From a virus (Duplodnaviria; Caudoviricetes): 64,000 nucleotides of DNA. Below are positions 1-9,860 of this stretch, piece by piece. Within the stretch, counting starts at the first letter, position 1. Every line of letters starts with the position of its first letter. The stretch covers positions 1 to 64,000 of IMG/VR virus record IMGVR_UViG_3300017700_000931, one strand, 5' to 3'. A model generated the notes under the pieces. That model did no database searches, was not told the origin of the DNA, and saw only the letters and a program-made list of their open reading frames with translations. The translations under genes and the position numbers were made by a program.

Positions 1-210
1 AGCAAGCATATTCTACTTCAGGTAAATTAGCAATACATGGGTCATGACCTTCCTCGGTAGCTGTTAAGCCACATCTAGGACACACCAATTGTTGATGAAT
101 TTCACTTGTATATTCTTCACCATTTTCTAGTCGCCAAACGTTATCACTAGATTTCCAATAAAGTGGATGACCCATACAATATGAAATCATATTAACAATA
201 CCATTACTCA

Positions 211-420
211 TCATTTATTGTTTTTTAATTCTTCTTTTGTTTTTATAATTTCAATCCGGCCATCTTCCCAATGATGTATCAAGTTTCCATCTTTATCAAG
301 ATATGCTTTTGGTAATCCATGTCCCCAAGTATCTTTATTTACTTGCTCCAGAAAGCTTTTTTGGAACTCTTCAGACATGAGAAATTTTCCTACTTCATCA
401 TCATCGTCGACATCATTCAT
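211..420 (-). CDS. hypothetical protein
   Basis: 69-aa ORF in co-oriented run; no motif recognised. Confidence 0.6.
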   Translation of the reverse strand: MNDVDDDDEVGKFLMSEEFQKSFLEQVNKDTWGHGLPKAYLDKDGNLIHHWEDGRIEIIKTKEELKNNK

Positions 421-592
421 AAGGCATAAAAATTGACAACATTATGTATACAATCGGAGTGGCTGGGAATATCATGGTTAGAAAAATAAACCCAACACGA
501 ACTAATGTTGAATCAACATTCATTGATTTGGCTATTCCGCCACAAACACCCATGAATAATCTATCATCATTATTTAGTTTCAACTTTCTCAT
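413..592 (-). CDS. pspC: PspC domain membrane protein
   Basis: R-x-x-x-D-R-L-F-M-G-V-C-G-G-I-A...D-S-T-L-V-R pattern plus one TM helix; start moved to MRKL. Confidence 0.85.
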   Translation of the reverse strand: MRKLKLNNDDRLFMGVCGGIAKSMNVDSTLVRVGFIFLTMIFPATPIVYIMLSIFMPYE

Positions 593-1097
593 AATTTCGT
601 ATGTATTTATCAAATCTGTAATCAAAGCCATTTTCTTTTATTGGTCCTTCAAAACTAATTAAATGCCAATCAGATGCGACTAATCCTTCTAGGTATGTAT
701 CACCCTTAATTTCAGTCATGACCCTAGTAAGATATAACTTATTAGCATACTTAAAACCTTCTTTATAGATTTCAGCACCACCAATAATAAAAATGTCTTT
801 ATCTTGATAAGAAAATTCTTCTAATGCAGCAACTAAATCAGTCCTAACTTCAGCACCTTTTGCAACATAATCTTTGTTTCGAGTAATAACGACATTTAGT
901 CTATTTGGTAATGGTCTGTATTTTTCTGGAATTGATTCCCAAGATTTTCTACCCATTATCACTATATGGCCAGATGTGACTTCTTTGAACATCTTTAAAT
1001 CACTTGGTAAGTCCCAAGGTAATGTTCCGTCTTTACCAATACAGTTATTGTTTGATGCTGCAACAATGATGTTAATGTCAGCTATTTTTGTTGTCAT
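570..1097 (-). CDS. folA: dihydrofolate reductase
   Basis: IVAAS-N-CIG-DG-LPW-LPSDL, VIMGRKSWESI, RPLPNRLN, IIGGAEIY. Confidence 0.95.
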   Translation of the reverse strand: MTTKIADINIIVAASNNNCIGKDGTLPWDLPSDLKMFKEVTSGHIVIMGRKSWESIPEKYRPLPNRLNVVITRNKDYVAKGAEVRTDLVAALEEFSYQDKDIFIIGGAEIYKEGFKYANKLYLTRVMTEIKGDTYLEGLVASDWHLISFEGPIKENGFDYRFDKYIRNYEKVETK

Positions 1098-1174
1098 ATG
1101 AATTTATTTGGTAAGCAAAATTACACAAATAATTTTTTATCCACAACGAAAAAGGGTTCGAAAGAACCCTTTAA

Positions 1175-1963
1175 TTATTTTTTTAAAATTTCTTGCTTCT
1201 TATGGTATAAAGTAATTAGATTTTTAAAACACCAGTAAGCACCTAAAATAGAAAATATCAATAAGATGTAAATTACGGTTATTCCATCTTGACCATTCAA
1301 TTGAAATTGTAAGTTATAAATACCATGTAATATTGTAGCAGATAATAAACCAATTATAGTGAATAACACATTCCTTAGTGTTTTTCTTTTATCGATTATC
1401 ATATCAAATAAAGACATATTACCTAATGTAGGACCCATTCTACCAATCGCAATCCAATATCCCATAAATAAACCAAAAACCATATGTCCTAACACAGCAG
1501 TAATTGCTCTCCAATACAATACATCACTACCATAAATTAATCCATATTGTAAGTTTTCTACAACAGCAAATCCCAATGATACCATACCCATATAGAACAT
1601 GGTTGCAATTGGATTGTCTTTCACGTTAAAGGTTCTTCTTCTATAAAATTCAATCATTAAGAATATTGAAAGTTTAGATATTTCTTCTAGAAAAGCAACT
1701 TGAGTAAAATAAAAGTAATGGAAAAATCTAAATGGGTCTGTATTTGGATTAGCAAATAACTCAGCAAACGATGTTGTGGCCGGAACTAATGCCCAAATCC
1801 ACTTTAAAACACCTATTGACATAAAACCAGCAGTCAGATATAAAAATGCTACTCTTAAATTGATTTTATTGTATGGAACGGTTGAGTATATTATCAAGAT
1901 ATATACGATAACAGGTAATAATGATAATAAAATAATACTTAGTCCCATACTAATAAATATCAT
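1175..1963 (-). CDS. PrsW-family intramembrane metalloprotease
   Basis: FLEEISK, GFAVVEN, GHMVF, LHGIYN motifs in a multi-TM protein. Confidence 0.85.
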   Translation of the reverse strand: MIFISMGLSIILLSLLPVIVYILIIYSTVPYNKINLRVAFLYLTAGFMSIGVLKWIWALVPATTSFAELFANPNTDPFRFFHYFYFTQVAFLEEISKLSIFLMIEFYRRRTFNVKDNPIATMFYMGMVSLGFAVVENLQYGLIYGSDVLYWRAITAVLGHMVFGLFMGYWIAIGRMGPTLGNMSLFDMIIDKRKTLRNVLFTIIGLLSATILHGIYNLQFQLNGQDGITVIYILLIFSILGAYWCFKNLITLYHKKQEILKK

Positions 1964-2017
1964 GGCCCCTTGTCAATTGACAAGGGGCCATGAGAAAATT
2001 AATTATATTGGCTTAGA

Positions 2018-2803
2018 TTATAATTCCCCAAGGAGAATCATTTCTTCATCCCAAGCACCTAATATTTGCCAGAAAAATCCGAAAGGAGATTGAACCAAAA
2101 GAATTGGGTCACGCTTTTCATATGATTTTCTGAATTTAGATTCTTCAGCAATCACATAGAAAACAGGCTTTTGTCCAAACAATTCTTCACACTTTTGAGT
2201 GTAAGCTGTCATTGTTTCAATAGCGTCATTTGGAAAGTCAGGAATGAAAATATCTGACGTTTTCATCACCAATTTATAACCGGATAGAAGTTTATCTATC
2301 TTTTCATCGGTTGTGTTTTGGTAATTGTCGAAAAATGCTTTGCTTTCAAGATATTTTTTTCGGTTTTCAAGTCTCTTGATTAAAGCAGAAACCTCTCTTT
2401 TGGCGTAGTATTGTGTGATTAGATTTTCTTTGTCTTTCAGAATGGAAATCTTCTCATCCAACCCATTTAAACTAAATGGTGTTGGTATCGTTTCCAATTC
2501 AACCAAAACATCCTTTGGTTTAACGACCAATTTTTTGCTTTCAGCTTCTTGTCTGGCTTTTTTGTTGGCCTTTCTGGTTTCTTCATCATCAATCTCATCT
2601 GACCTGTGGTCATTTGATGAAAATCCGGCTGAATAATTTTTGAAGTCAAATAAATATTTTTCTTCAAGTGATTCATGGTGAACAACACCTTGGGATTCTT
2701 GTTGTTCTTTAGATTCTGATTTTTCTTCAGTTTCCTTTGTCTTAGTCCCAAAGATAATCTGGATTATCTGTTTAAACTTACTAACTTTTTTTACTTCTTC
2801 CAT
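2018..2803 (-). CDS. hypothetical protein
   Basis: long ORF; TAnnTTTG at 2828-2835. Confidence 0.75.
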   Translation of the reverse strand: MEEVKKVSKFKQIIQIIFGTKTKETEEKSESKEQQESQGVVHHESLEEKYLFDFKNYSAGFSSNDHRSDEIDDEETRKANKKARQEAESKKLVVKPKDVLVELETIPTPFSLNGLDEKISILKDKENLITQYYAKREVSALIKRLENRKKYLESKAFFDNYQNTTDEKIDKLLSGYKLVMKTSDIFIPDFPNDAIETMTAYTQKCEELFGQKPVFYVIAEESKFRKSYEKRDPILLVQSPFGFFWQILGAWDEEMILLGEL

Positions 2804-2866
2804 TTTTATAGATTTATAATTAATGGACAAAGATAAATAGAATATTTCAATCTACCAAATAAAACT

Positions 2867-3076
2867 TTAAATATTTTTTATAATCAGAAGTATTTCCCTT
2901 GGGCTCACAATGGTACACTTATCTTGAATTTCTTTAATTCTTAGTTTAGGAATATCGTAATGATTCTTATGGAACCAACATCTTTTGATTCCTAGTGCTT
3001 CCGCCATTTTGTGTAGATTCTCAATACTATACGGAACACAGACTAAATGTCTCATATTATCGCAATAATATTTCAT
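2867..3076 (-). CDS. DUF4031-like protein
   Basis: HLV...LHKMAEALGIKRCWF...HYDI. Confidence 0.7.
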   Translation of the reverse strand: MKYYCDNMRHLVCVPYSIENLHKMAEALGIKRCWFHKNHYDIPKLRIKEIQDKCTIVSPREILLIIKNI

Positions 3077-3540
3077 TGATTAAAACTTTCAAATAGATTG
3101 ATTATCCTCTTTTCCTTTGATTGGGCGTATTTGATGCAATTATAAGTACCACCATTAGTGCCATCCCACATGGCTAATACTACATCGGATTTATCTACCA
3201 TCCATTTATTTCTAATTTGCATTTTTTGTGGAGCATAACCCTCATCACAAATATACTCAACACTTTCAGCTTTAGTTAATAAATTATCGTAATATTTTTG
3301 ACCCTTATATGACCAAACACTTTCTTGACCTCTGAATGGTATTGCAGCAATGAATGGTATGCTTAAATTAATAGCTGCTTGAGCTAGAGCTTGGTCCCAT
3401 CCTTGGGCCATACCGGATATAATCTTAGTTGGTTTATTCTCATGAATCCAATCCTCCGCAATCTTTACTAATTTAAGATAAGAATCGTTATTATAACCAC
3501 CAAGTTTATTTGGTCTATGCCCAGTACCAGCAACTATCAT
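3073..3540 (-). CDS. SLOG/YspA-like protein
   Basis: VAGTGHRP, IISGMAQGWD, RNKWMVD, WDGTNGGT. Confidence 0.8.
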   Translation of the reverse strand: MIVAGTGHRPNKLGGYNNDSYLKLVKIAEDWIHENKPTKIISGMAQGWDQALAQAAINLSIPFIAAIPFRGQESVWSYKGQKYYDNLLTKAESVEYICDEGYAPQKMQIRNKWMVDKSDVVLAMWDGTNGGTYNCIKYAQSKEKRIINLFESFNQ

Positions 3541-3547
3541 TGATTTA

Positions 3548-4111
3548 TTATTTGAATTTATATTCCTTCTTAGTACCGTCAGCCTTAGAATAAACAATCT
3601 TACTTGGTTTGATTACTAACGCCTCTTCTTCAGTTAAATCCTTCGTGTATTTCTTACCAGTACCAGCATTAACATAAGCAATCGTCACATGTGGGTGATA
3701 TTCTGGATAATCAGTTGTATGTGGTAACTTAGTGAATTTTTTATTCATTTTAAACAAATCATCACCTTCCACATCAAACTTAACGACATCGAAACCCTTA
3801 TCTTTATTATCAAACATACTGATTTTCTTTAATGTTAGCTCCGGTGCTGTCATTTTATCAATAAGCTCTTCGATTGTTTCATCTGGAATATCATCATGTA
3901 AACCATATAAAATTGTTACGTGAGCCTCATCATATGGTTGAATACCATAATCTCTTTCACCTTCTGGTGAATAAATATCTTCTTCTTCAACCCTTTCGGT
4001 TACATCTTTCCACCATGTCTTTGGTACATCCAAAAACAACATCACACAACCGTATTTATGGCCTTTGGCCCCTTCATTTAAAAGTGCTTTAAATACATTA
4101 CCTATTTTCAT
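3548..4111 (-). CDS. 2H phosphoesterase (T4 gp57B/Acb1-like)
   Basis: two HxT motifs: HVTILYG and YHPHVTIAY. Confidence 0.8.
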   Translation of the reverse strand: MKIGNVFKALLNEGAKGHKYGCVMLFLDVPKTWWKDVTERVEEEDIYSPEGERDYGIQPYDEAHVTILYGLHDDIPDETIEELIDKMTAPELTLKKISMFDNKDKGFDVVKFDVEGDDLFKMNKKFTKLPHTTDYPEYHPHVTIAYVNAGTGKKYTKDLTEEEALVIKPSKIVYSKADGTKKEYKFK

Positions 4112-4337
4112 TCATATTCGCAAAAATTTTCTTGTTATTGTCAATAAAGTTGGCGTAAAGTGGTTCCCTTGGAAAACACTCACCCTTCCTTATATAAATA
4201 TAATTCCTATTGGGAAAGCGTTTAATGTGCTGAGTATCACAAATGGCATATTCATCATTCCACTCAATAATACCCCAAGCCATCCATGGTGTTATGGGTT
4301 TTGACTTTATAATTTTATACGCATCACAAAGATTCAT
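4098..4337 (-). CDS. hypothetical protein
   Basis: 79-aa ORF, operonic spacing. Confidence 0.55.
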   Translation of the reverse strand: MNLCDAYKIIKSKPITPWMAWGIIEWNDEYAICDTQHIKRFPNRNYIYIRKGECFPREPLYANFIDNNKKIFANMNENR

Positions 4338-4787
4338 TTAAACAAATAGCTTGGCAAAATCTTCGTTAAAAACAATGTTATCTGGAATATCAAATGAATT
4401 AAATACATTAGCCATCTCCTGAGCCGTATAGCCGTTTAGGTTGTTATTTAAATCAGAATAAGCAATGAAAAATTCCTTATCTGGATTATTCAAAGCAAAA
4501 GCATACAATTCCATGATATTATCTTGAATTTGTCTCAAACTAACACTTCTTGGTCCAGCTTGCTCATACTCTAATTCGGTTTCCACCTCATAATAGAATG
4601 GTGTGAGATTTTTGGTTACAAGTGCATATGATTGACCATAAAATCCACGACCCTTACCATATTTGGCTCCAAAATGTTCTAAGGCAATTTTAGCGGCTCC
4701 GGCACCATGGCGACCTTCTGGATTTGACCCAAACACAAAAACTTGATGTGATTCAAGTGGACCAATAAATCCTTGATATGTTTTCAT
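4338..4787 (-). CDS. conserved phage protein (A1S_2505-like)
   Basis: VFVFGSNPEGRHGAGAA. Confidence 0.75.
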   Translation of the reverse strand: MKTYQGFIGPLESHQVFVFGSNPEGRHGAGAAKIALEHFGAKYGKGRGFYGQSYALVTKNLTPFYYEVETELEYEQAGPRSVSLRQIQDNIMELYAFALNNPDKEFFIAYSDLNNNLNGYTAQEMANVFNSFDIPDNIVFNEDFAKLFV

Positions 4788-5078
4788 TTATTCGTAAACA
4801 ATTTTTATAATTTGTCTTGGGAAGACTTCTTCAATGTAATCATCTGTTCCATCACCACCATCTAAAACATATCTCTTGTTATTATCCCAAACCTCCATTT
4901 TAAAAAACTTACCATCAGACTCACGTTGAATAATTGTATCCCAACATTCCCCATCACAATCACGGTGAGTAATTTTTTCAATTTTTTTATAAGTTTCACC
5001 ACCCCATTTCCAAGGACCATATCCAGTAACATCACCGAATTCTTCAATATCAGTAATTTTAATTATCTCTCTTTCCAT
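4788..5078 (-). CDS. hypothetical protein
   Basis: ORF abutting neighbours; start MEREII. Confidence 0.65.
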   Translation of the reverse strand: MEREIIKITDIEEFGDVTGYGPWKWGGETYKKIEKITHRDCDGECWDTIIQRESDGKFFKMEVWDNNKRYVLDGGDGTDDYIEEVFPRQIIKIVYE

Positions 5079-5079
5079 T

Positions 5080-5370
5080 TTATCGTTTTGCCTTCTTTGT
5101 TTGCTTTTTAAGCCATGTGACAAATTTGAATACATCATCATTTGCCATTATTTTTTCAATCGTATTATAAGTCTCACCCAATTCTCTATGGGTAAATTTC
5201 TTGTGTAAATAAGGATGACAATCCCTACATAAATCAGCTCTACGTTTCTTCATCTCTTCCTTGGTAAACATCTTTTTGCACCAATTCTTAGAATGAATTT
5301 GTTGTGGAATTAAATGGTGAGAAGTTGTCGGTAAATCCCTTTGACACATCTCACATGTGTGTTCAGCCAT
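5080..5370 (-). CDS. small HNH-like Zn-binding protein
   Basis: CEMC...HHLIP...LCRDCH. Confidence 0.7.
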   Translation of the reverse strand: MAEHTCEMCQRDLPTTSHHLIPQQIHSKNWCKKMFTKEEMKKRRADLCRDCHPYLHKKFTHRELGETYNTIEKIMANDDVFKFVTWLKKQTKKAKR

Positions 5371-5377
5371 AAATAAT

Positions 5378-5659
5378 TTATTTTTCTTCTTCGGTTGAAG
5401 GGATTACCGCATCTGGTGGAATGATACTACGTTCTAAATGTACTACGCAATCATTTAAAGAATCTTGTGCTGATTTATAACCACTATTATGTGCTGCATT
5501 TATTAGCGTACAAATAGCCTCAGTCAAACAAGCAATATCTTTGATGACAACTTCTTTAGCTTCGTTCTCATCTTTTGGTAACTCTGTTGCATCGATTTTA
5601 CCAATTTTCACAACCGGAACACGGTCAGTATCAATATCTACAATAATAAGGTTCTTCAT
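5378..5659 (-). CDS. hypothetical protein
   Basis: 93-aa ORF; TAnnTTTG at 5664-5671. Confidence 0.7.
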   Translation of the reverse strand: MKNLIIVDIDTDRVPVVKIGKIDATELPKDENEAKEVVIKDIACLTEAICTLINAAHNSGYKSAQDSLNDCVVHLERSIIPPDAVIPSTEEEK

Positions 5660-5722
5660 ATTGCAAAATTATGACTTATATCTGAATTACACAATGGTAA
5701 ATAAAAAAAGGCTAACCATTGG

Positions 5723-6088
5723 TTAGCCTTTTTTAAATCTGTTCTTAGTCGGCGGTAAATTTGATAAATCAACCTTACCTAAAATCTTAAATGAGATTGC
5801 CTTGACTTTAGCTATTTTCTTTTTGATTTCCTCATTCTCTATAGCAGTAATCAATTTATTTTTATATTTTGATGTGAGGATTTTTCCGTTCCGGCCAACA
5901 TGATATTTGTGACAAACCTTGCACTTATAAGCAACGACTTTTTCTGTGATGTTAGGATAAGCATTAATCTTTTTTGCGGCTTCTATTGCAGCATCTAGAG
6001 TCGGAAATGGTTTCTTGGGTTGTGTTGTCTCTTTTCCATCAATTAAAACAATTTTTTCACAATGGGACCTTTTAAGTTCTACTACCAT
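5723..6088 (-). CDS. hypothetical Zn-ribbon protein
   Basis: AYKCKVCHKYHVGR. Confidence 0.7.
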   Translation of the reverse strand: MVVELKRSHCEKIVLIDGKETTQPKKPFPTLDAAIEAAKKINAYPNITEKVVAYKCKVCHKYHVGRNGKILTSKYKNKLITAIENEEIKKKIAKVKAISFKILGKVDLSNLPPTKNRFKKG

Positions 6089-6090
6089 AG

Positions 6091-6291
6091 TTATTTATCC
6101 TTTAAGAATTTCAATTTTAACTTTTCTTTCTCATATTGGTTTTGCATTTTTTTATACTTAACCATTTGAATAGGGTCATTCTTAGCCTCTTCTTTAAACC
6201 GCTCACTGTTTAGTGCTTTTTTAAGAAATGCTAAAAAATTCTCAGATTCCTCAATAGGGTCCTTGAGTTTATTTTTTTTCTTGCTGGCCAT
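6091..6291 (-). CDS. hypothetical protein
   Basis: 66-aa ORF, operonic spacing. Confidence 0.6.
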   Translation of the reverse strand: MASKKKNKLKDPIEESENFLAFLKKALNSERFKEEAKNDPIQMVKYKKMQNQYEKEKLKLKFLKDK

Positions 6292-6910
6292 CAGTTCTTT
6301 TTTCTAAATGATGGTCAACCGGATTATGACTTCTAGTAGCCATTATCTTACTTATTTCATCAAAACTAAATGGTCTGAACACACCTAGGATTCTATAAGC
6401 TGAATCAACGCCCACATCCATACTGCGACCCCACTCTTCGTGTTCCATTGAATCGTGAGAATGACCATATAACATCCATGACCCATGGTGACTTTTATTC
6501 CAAACCCTCATACCGTAGTGACATAAGACAATCATTTGTTGTTTGTTCTTAGTTGGAACTTCGAAATTTACTTCCCCAGTATCAACATATAATTCGTGGA
6601 TACCTTTAATCCAAACAAACCTATCTCGGCATGCCGCATTTTTCAATACTGATTTTTCGTGGTTACCAGTTATTAAATGGATGTTACCATTTAATCTATT
6701 GAGAATATGGAGTGTTTTCTTATCAGAGGATAATGAAACATCTCCTATGTGATAGACATCATCATCTTCATCCACTACAGCGTTCCACTGCCGGATTAAT
6801 TCTTCATCCATGTGATTCTCATCCTTAAATGGTCTATTAGCAAATCTAATGATATTCCTATGACCAAAATGTGTGTCTGATGTAAACCAAATCTTTTTAA
6901 TTTTTTTCAT
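6269..6910 (-). CDS. calcineurin-like metallophosphoesterase
   Basis: SDTHFGH, HIGD, GNHE, LYGHSH, DVGVD. Confidence 0.9.
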   Translation of the reverse strand: MKKIKKIWFTSDTHFGHRNIIRFANRPFKDENHMDEELIRQWNAVVDEDDDVYHIGDVSLSSDKKTLHILNRLNGNIHLITGNHEKSVLKNAACRDRFVWIKGIHELYVDTGEVNFEVPTKNKQQMIVLCHYGMRVWNKSHHGSWMLYGHSHDSMEHEEWGRSMDVGVDSAYRILGVFRPFSFDEISKIMATRSHNPVDHHLEKRTDGQQEKK

Positions 6911-7700
6911 TTAATCTCTTGTATTTTTTTTCATTTAATCTCTTGTAATTTAACTTATCAACCCTATATGGTAATTCAAGTTTATTTAAAACTATTTTAA
7001 TTTCTTCATCAATATCTTCTCCATCTTGGCATAAAAGTATTTCATCAACATTGATTGACACAATATCCATATGATGGGTATCAATTAGTTCATCAAACAC
7101 ATTTTTCGTATATCTACTTATTAGAGGATGATTAATTAAACGAAACTTTTCATTTACTGCTGAAATATAATAAGTAAAATTAACAATGAATCTAATCAAA
7201 TATTTTGTGTTTTCGTTTAATAACGTCTCAGTCAAATAATCCTCAACATCTAGAGGATTTTCTTTATTAGATATTTCACTTTTTATTTTATCTATGGATT
7301 CAATGATTAAAATAATTAGTGAACCATATAATTGGTTATTAAATTTGACAAGATTATTTTTATATAATTTTACTAATACATTCGGATAAAGATGTGTGAA
7401 GACAATTCTATGGGTAGTAGATATAGTCATATCTTGATTATAAAACTTATACACATCTGTCATTGAATTTTTTTCACAAAGATTTGATTCACAACCATTA
7501 ATGGTTGGATTTAATTCTTCATTGGAAAATTTAGATAATAGATGTTTAATTGTTATTTCATAAAGAATTTTTTCATTATCTCTTTGTTGATTTGCTAAAA
7601 GTCTATTACGCATATTACTATAACCAGTTCGTAACAGAAATATCAAATGAACATGTTCATTTGATATTTCGTATAGGGCGTTTAACAATTTATCTTTCAC
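6897..7700 (-). CDS. hypothetical protein, possible degenerate B-family polymerase palm
   Basis: VFTHLYPNV resembles DFxSLYPS; INVDE resembles xDTD. Confidence 0.45.
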   Translation of the reverse strand: MKDKLLNALYEISNEHVHLIFLLRTGYSNMRNRLLANQQRDNEKILYEITIKHLLSKFSNEELNPTINGCESNLCEKNSMTDVYKFYNQDMTISTTHRIVFTHLYPNVLVKLYKNNLVKFNNQLYGSLIILIIESIDKIKSEISNKENPLDVEDYLTETLLNENTKYLIRFIVNFTYYISAVNEKFRLINHPLISRYTKNVFDELIDTHHMDIVSINVDEILLCQDGEDIDEEIKIVLNKLELPYRVDKLNYKRLNEKKYKRLNEKN

Positions 7701-8107
7701 TGTTTTATTTTTAATCGTTTCAAATCAACAGTAGTACCTTCTTTTCTGGCAGCCCTAAATGATAACACAATTAGGATTGCAGCAACAACAAAATAAATCT
7801 TAGCTAATACAAGGAACCACCAAATATTTAAATCATCACCCCATAACCAAGTTGAATTCATCATCACCCACATCCAAGATGCGGCTAACACATATTCTTC
7901 ACTCTTTTTATTTCCCTCATAAGAAAGGAGAGCCCAAACCGAAAAGAATAGGGCAATTAAGCTGAAAATCCAAGCCGGAATCATATACTCTGATGACCAA
8001 CAAAAATCCATTAGTAACCAAGATATTGTTGCCGTTGTTTCTAATTTATGTGTCATTCCAATATTATTTAGTGTCATCAAAAAATCCTGAACGTTTACTT
8101 GGGTCAA
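7697..8107 (-). CDS. membrane protein
   Basis: about four hydrophobic helices; start uncertain. Confidence 0.65.
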   Translation of the reverse strand: MTQVNVQDFLMTLNNIGMTHKLETTATISWLLMDFCWSSEYMIPAWIFSLIALFFSVWALLSYEGNKKSEEYVLAASWMWVMMNSTWLWGDDLNIWWFLVLAKIYFVVAAILIVLSFRAARKEGTTVDLKRLKIKQ

Positions 8108-8858
8108 CGAGTTTCATGAAGATTTCTCTATTCTTCTCACCAACGACTTTTTTTACCTCTAACATGAATTCCTTAACCAATTCACGACTAACCATCTCTT
8201 GAGTCCTCTTATATGGTTTAAAACAACTACCAACAATTGCTCCATCAGCAATTGTTAATTGTTCAACGACATTACTTGCATCTAATCCGGCTCCAATAAT
8301 TAATGGAAACGAATCATCAGTAATAAATTCTTTGAATTGTTTTATTTTATCTAAAGGAGTTTCTTTCCCTGTTCCGGCACCAGTAACTACAATTCCATCA
8401 CATAACGCAATGGCCTCGGTGATATCAGATTTTAAATCAGAACCATCAACTGGTGTATAGTATTTTGGCCACACACCACCAAAGACTTTAATATTTGGTT
8501 TTAATGTAGATAAGTGTTTGTTGTAATCCGATAAATCAATTTTCTTATTCGCTTTGTACTGGCCAGATATGAAATCTAATTGAATGAAATCAGCATTATA
8601 GGTATTGGCTAAGTTAAAAGCCAAAGCATATTCATTTGGGAGAATATTGATACCAATTAGGATGGTCCTATCAGATGGTAAAGCTTTCAACACTGCTTCA
8701 ACATCAGCAATACTTCCATGATAATTTTCTATGATACAACCGTATAAACCTTCTTCTTCGTAAATCTTAATTTCGTTAAGGGCTCTTTGGATGGTTGAGT
8801 CACCTCCACCACCAGAAAGGTGTATCATACCCAATATTCTTTTGTTTTTAAAATCCAT
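8064..8858 (-). CDS. BtpA/SgcQ-family TIM-barrel protein
   Basis: GMIHL, IIENY, GINIL, DGIVVTG-GTG, ADGAIVGS. Confidence 0.85.
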   Translation of the reverse strand: MDFKNKRILGMIHLSGGGGDSTIQRALNEIKIYEEEGLYGCIIENYHGSIADVEAVLKALPSDRTILIGINILPNEYALAFNLANTYNADFIQLDFISGQYKANKKIDLSDYNKHLSTLKPNIKVFGGVWPKYYTPVDGSDLKSDITEAIALCDGIVVTGAGTGKETPLDKIKQFKEFITDDSFPLIIGAGLDASNVVEQLTIADGAIVGSCFKPYKRTQEMVSRELVKEFMLEVKKVVGEKNREIFMKLVDPSKRSGFFDDTK

Positions 8859-8950
8859 TTGGCAAATATAAGTAAATTATTTAACTAAAACAAATTTTTG
8901 TAATGATTTATTAGACAATTGAAATACTTATAAACAAAAACTGTTATAAA

Positions 8951-9088
8951 ATGGCAAAACAAACTTCAGTAACCACAAAAAAACGTGAAACTATCAAAAA
9001 AAGAAAAGGTATTCACAGCAAGAAAAAAACTTCCAACCATAAGAGGTCTAAAAACTACAGAAAAGCTTATTCTGGGCAAGGAAGATAA
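8951..9088 (+). CDS. small basic protein (45 aa), missed by ORF track
   Basis: MAKQTSVTTKKRETIKKRKGIHSKKKTSNHKRSKNYRKAYSGQGR; ATACTTATA upstream. Confidence 0.7.
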   Translation: MAKQTSVTTKKRETIKKRKGIHSKKKTSNHKRSKNYRKAYSGQGR

Positions 9089-9105
9089 TATCGTGGAAAT
9101 TTAAG

Positions 9106-9176
9106 AGCACCATTCAAGAATCGAACTTGAATCTCACCCCTACCAAGGGCGTATAATACCATTATACTAAAGGTGC
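9106..9176 (-). tRNA. tRNA-Thr(GGU)
   Basis: cloverleaf; loop UU-GGU-AG; 5' end overlaps stop of upstream CDS. Confidence 0.8.
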
Positions 9177-9859
9177 GAATTATTTAATTTTGTTAAGTCC
9201 ATACTAACATTTGTTGGCATGTCTTTAATTGGCAATTGGTCAGATTTTAATACACTATGATTCGTATCTAACGCTAACTGATGCATTGTCTTTAATTCAG
9301 TCCCAACATTATATAATCCAACATAAGATTTTTGAATCATAGTTGAAATCATTTCAGCAATCGTATCAACATAATCAAAGTTACCTAAAACCACACTAGG
9401 GGCTACCGGATAAGGAAATGGTGTTGGTTTAAAACCACATCTTATTAACAAGTAGTTTTTTGATTTCAATTGGGTTAATCCGTCAGCTAATAATTTAGTA
9501 TAAGCATACCAAGAATTATGATGAACCGGAACTGAATCTTCAGAAGCATTTGATACGGAGTTCGCATATACATAATCAGTTGATATTTGAACTAATTTAA
9601 CATCATATATGTTACAATATTTGATTAGTTCATCAACAAATTTATAATTGACTTCCCAGTGTTTATCCTTATTGATATCATATGTATTTGTATGCGCTAT
9701 GCAATTTACAACAACATCATAATCAATTAATGTTTTGGACCAGACTTCAGATTGATTAATATCTAAATCATTTTGTTTGCGACTAAGTACGCCCCATGTT
9801 GGATTGAGCTTTTTTAATTCGGAACCTAGAAGGCCATCACCTATAATTAATACTTTCAT
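9167..9859 (-). CDS. RmlD-like NAD-dependent sugar reductase
   Basis: IIGDGLLG, VVNCIAHT, ISTDYVY, YAYTK. Confidence 0.85.
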   Translation of the reverse strand: MKVLIIGDGLLGSELKKLNPTWGVLSRKQNDLDINQSEVWSKTLIDYDVVVNCIAHTNTYDINKDKHWEVNYKFVDELIKYCNIYDVKLVQISTDYVYANSVSNASEDSVPVHHNSWYAYTKLLADGLTQLKSKNYLLIRCGFKPTPFPYPVAPSVVLGNFDYVDTIAEMISTMIQKSYVGLYNVGTELKTMHQLALDTNHSVLKSDQLPIKDMPTNVSMDLTKLNNSHL

Positions 9860-9860
9860 T

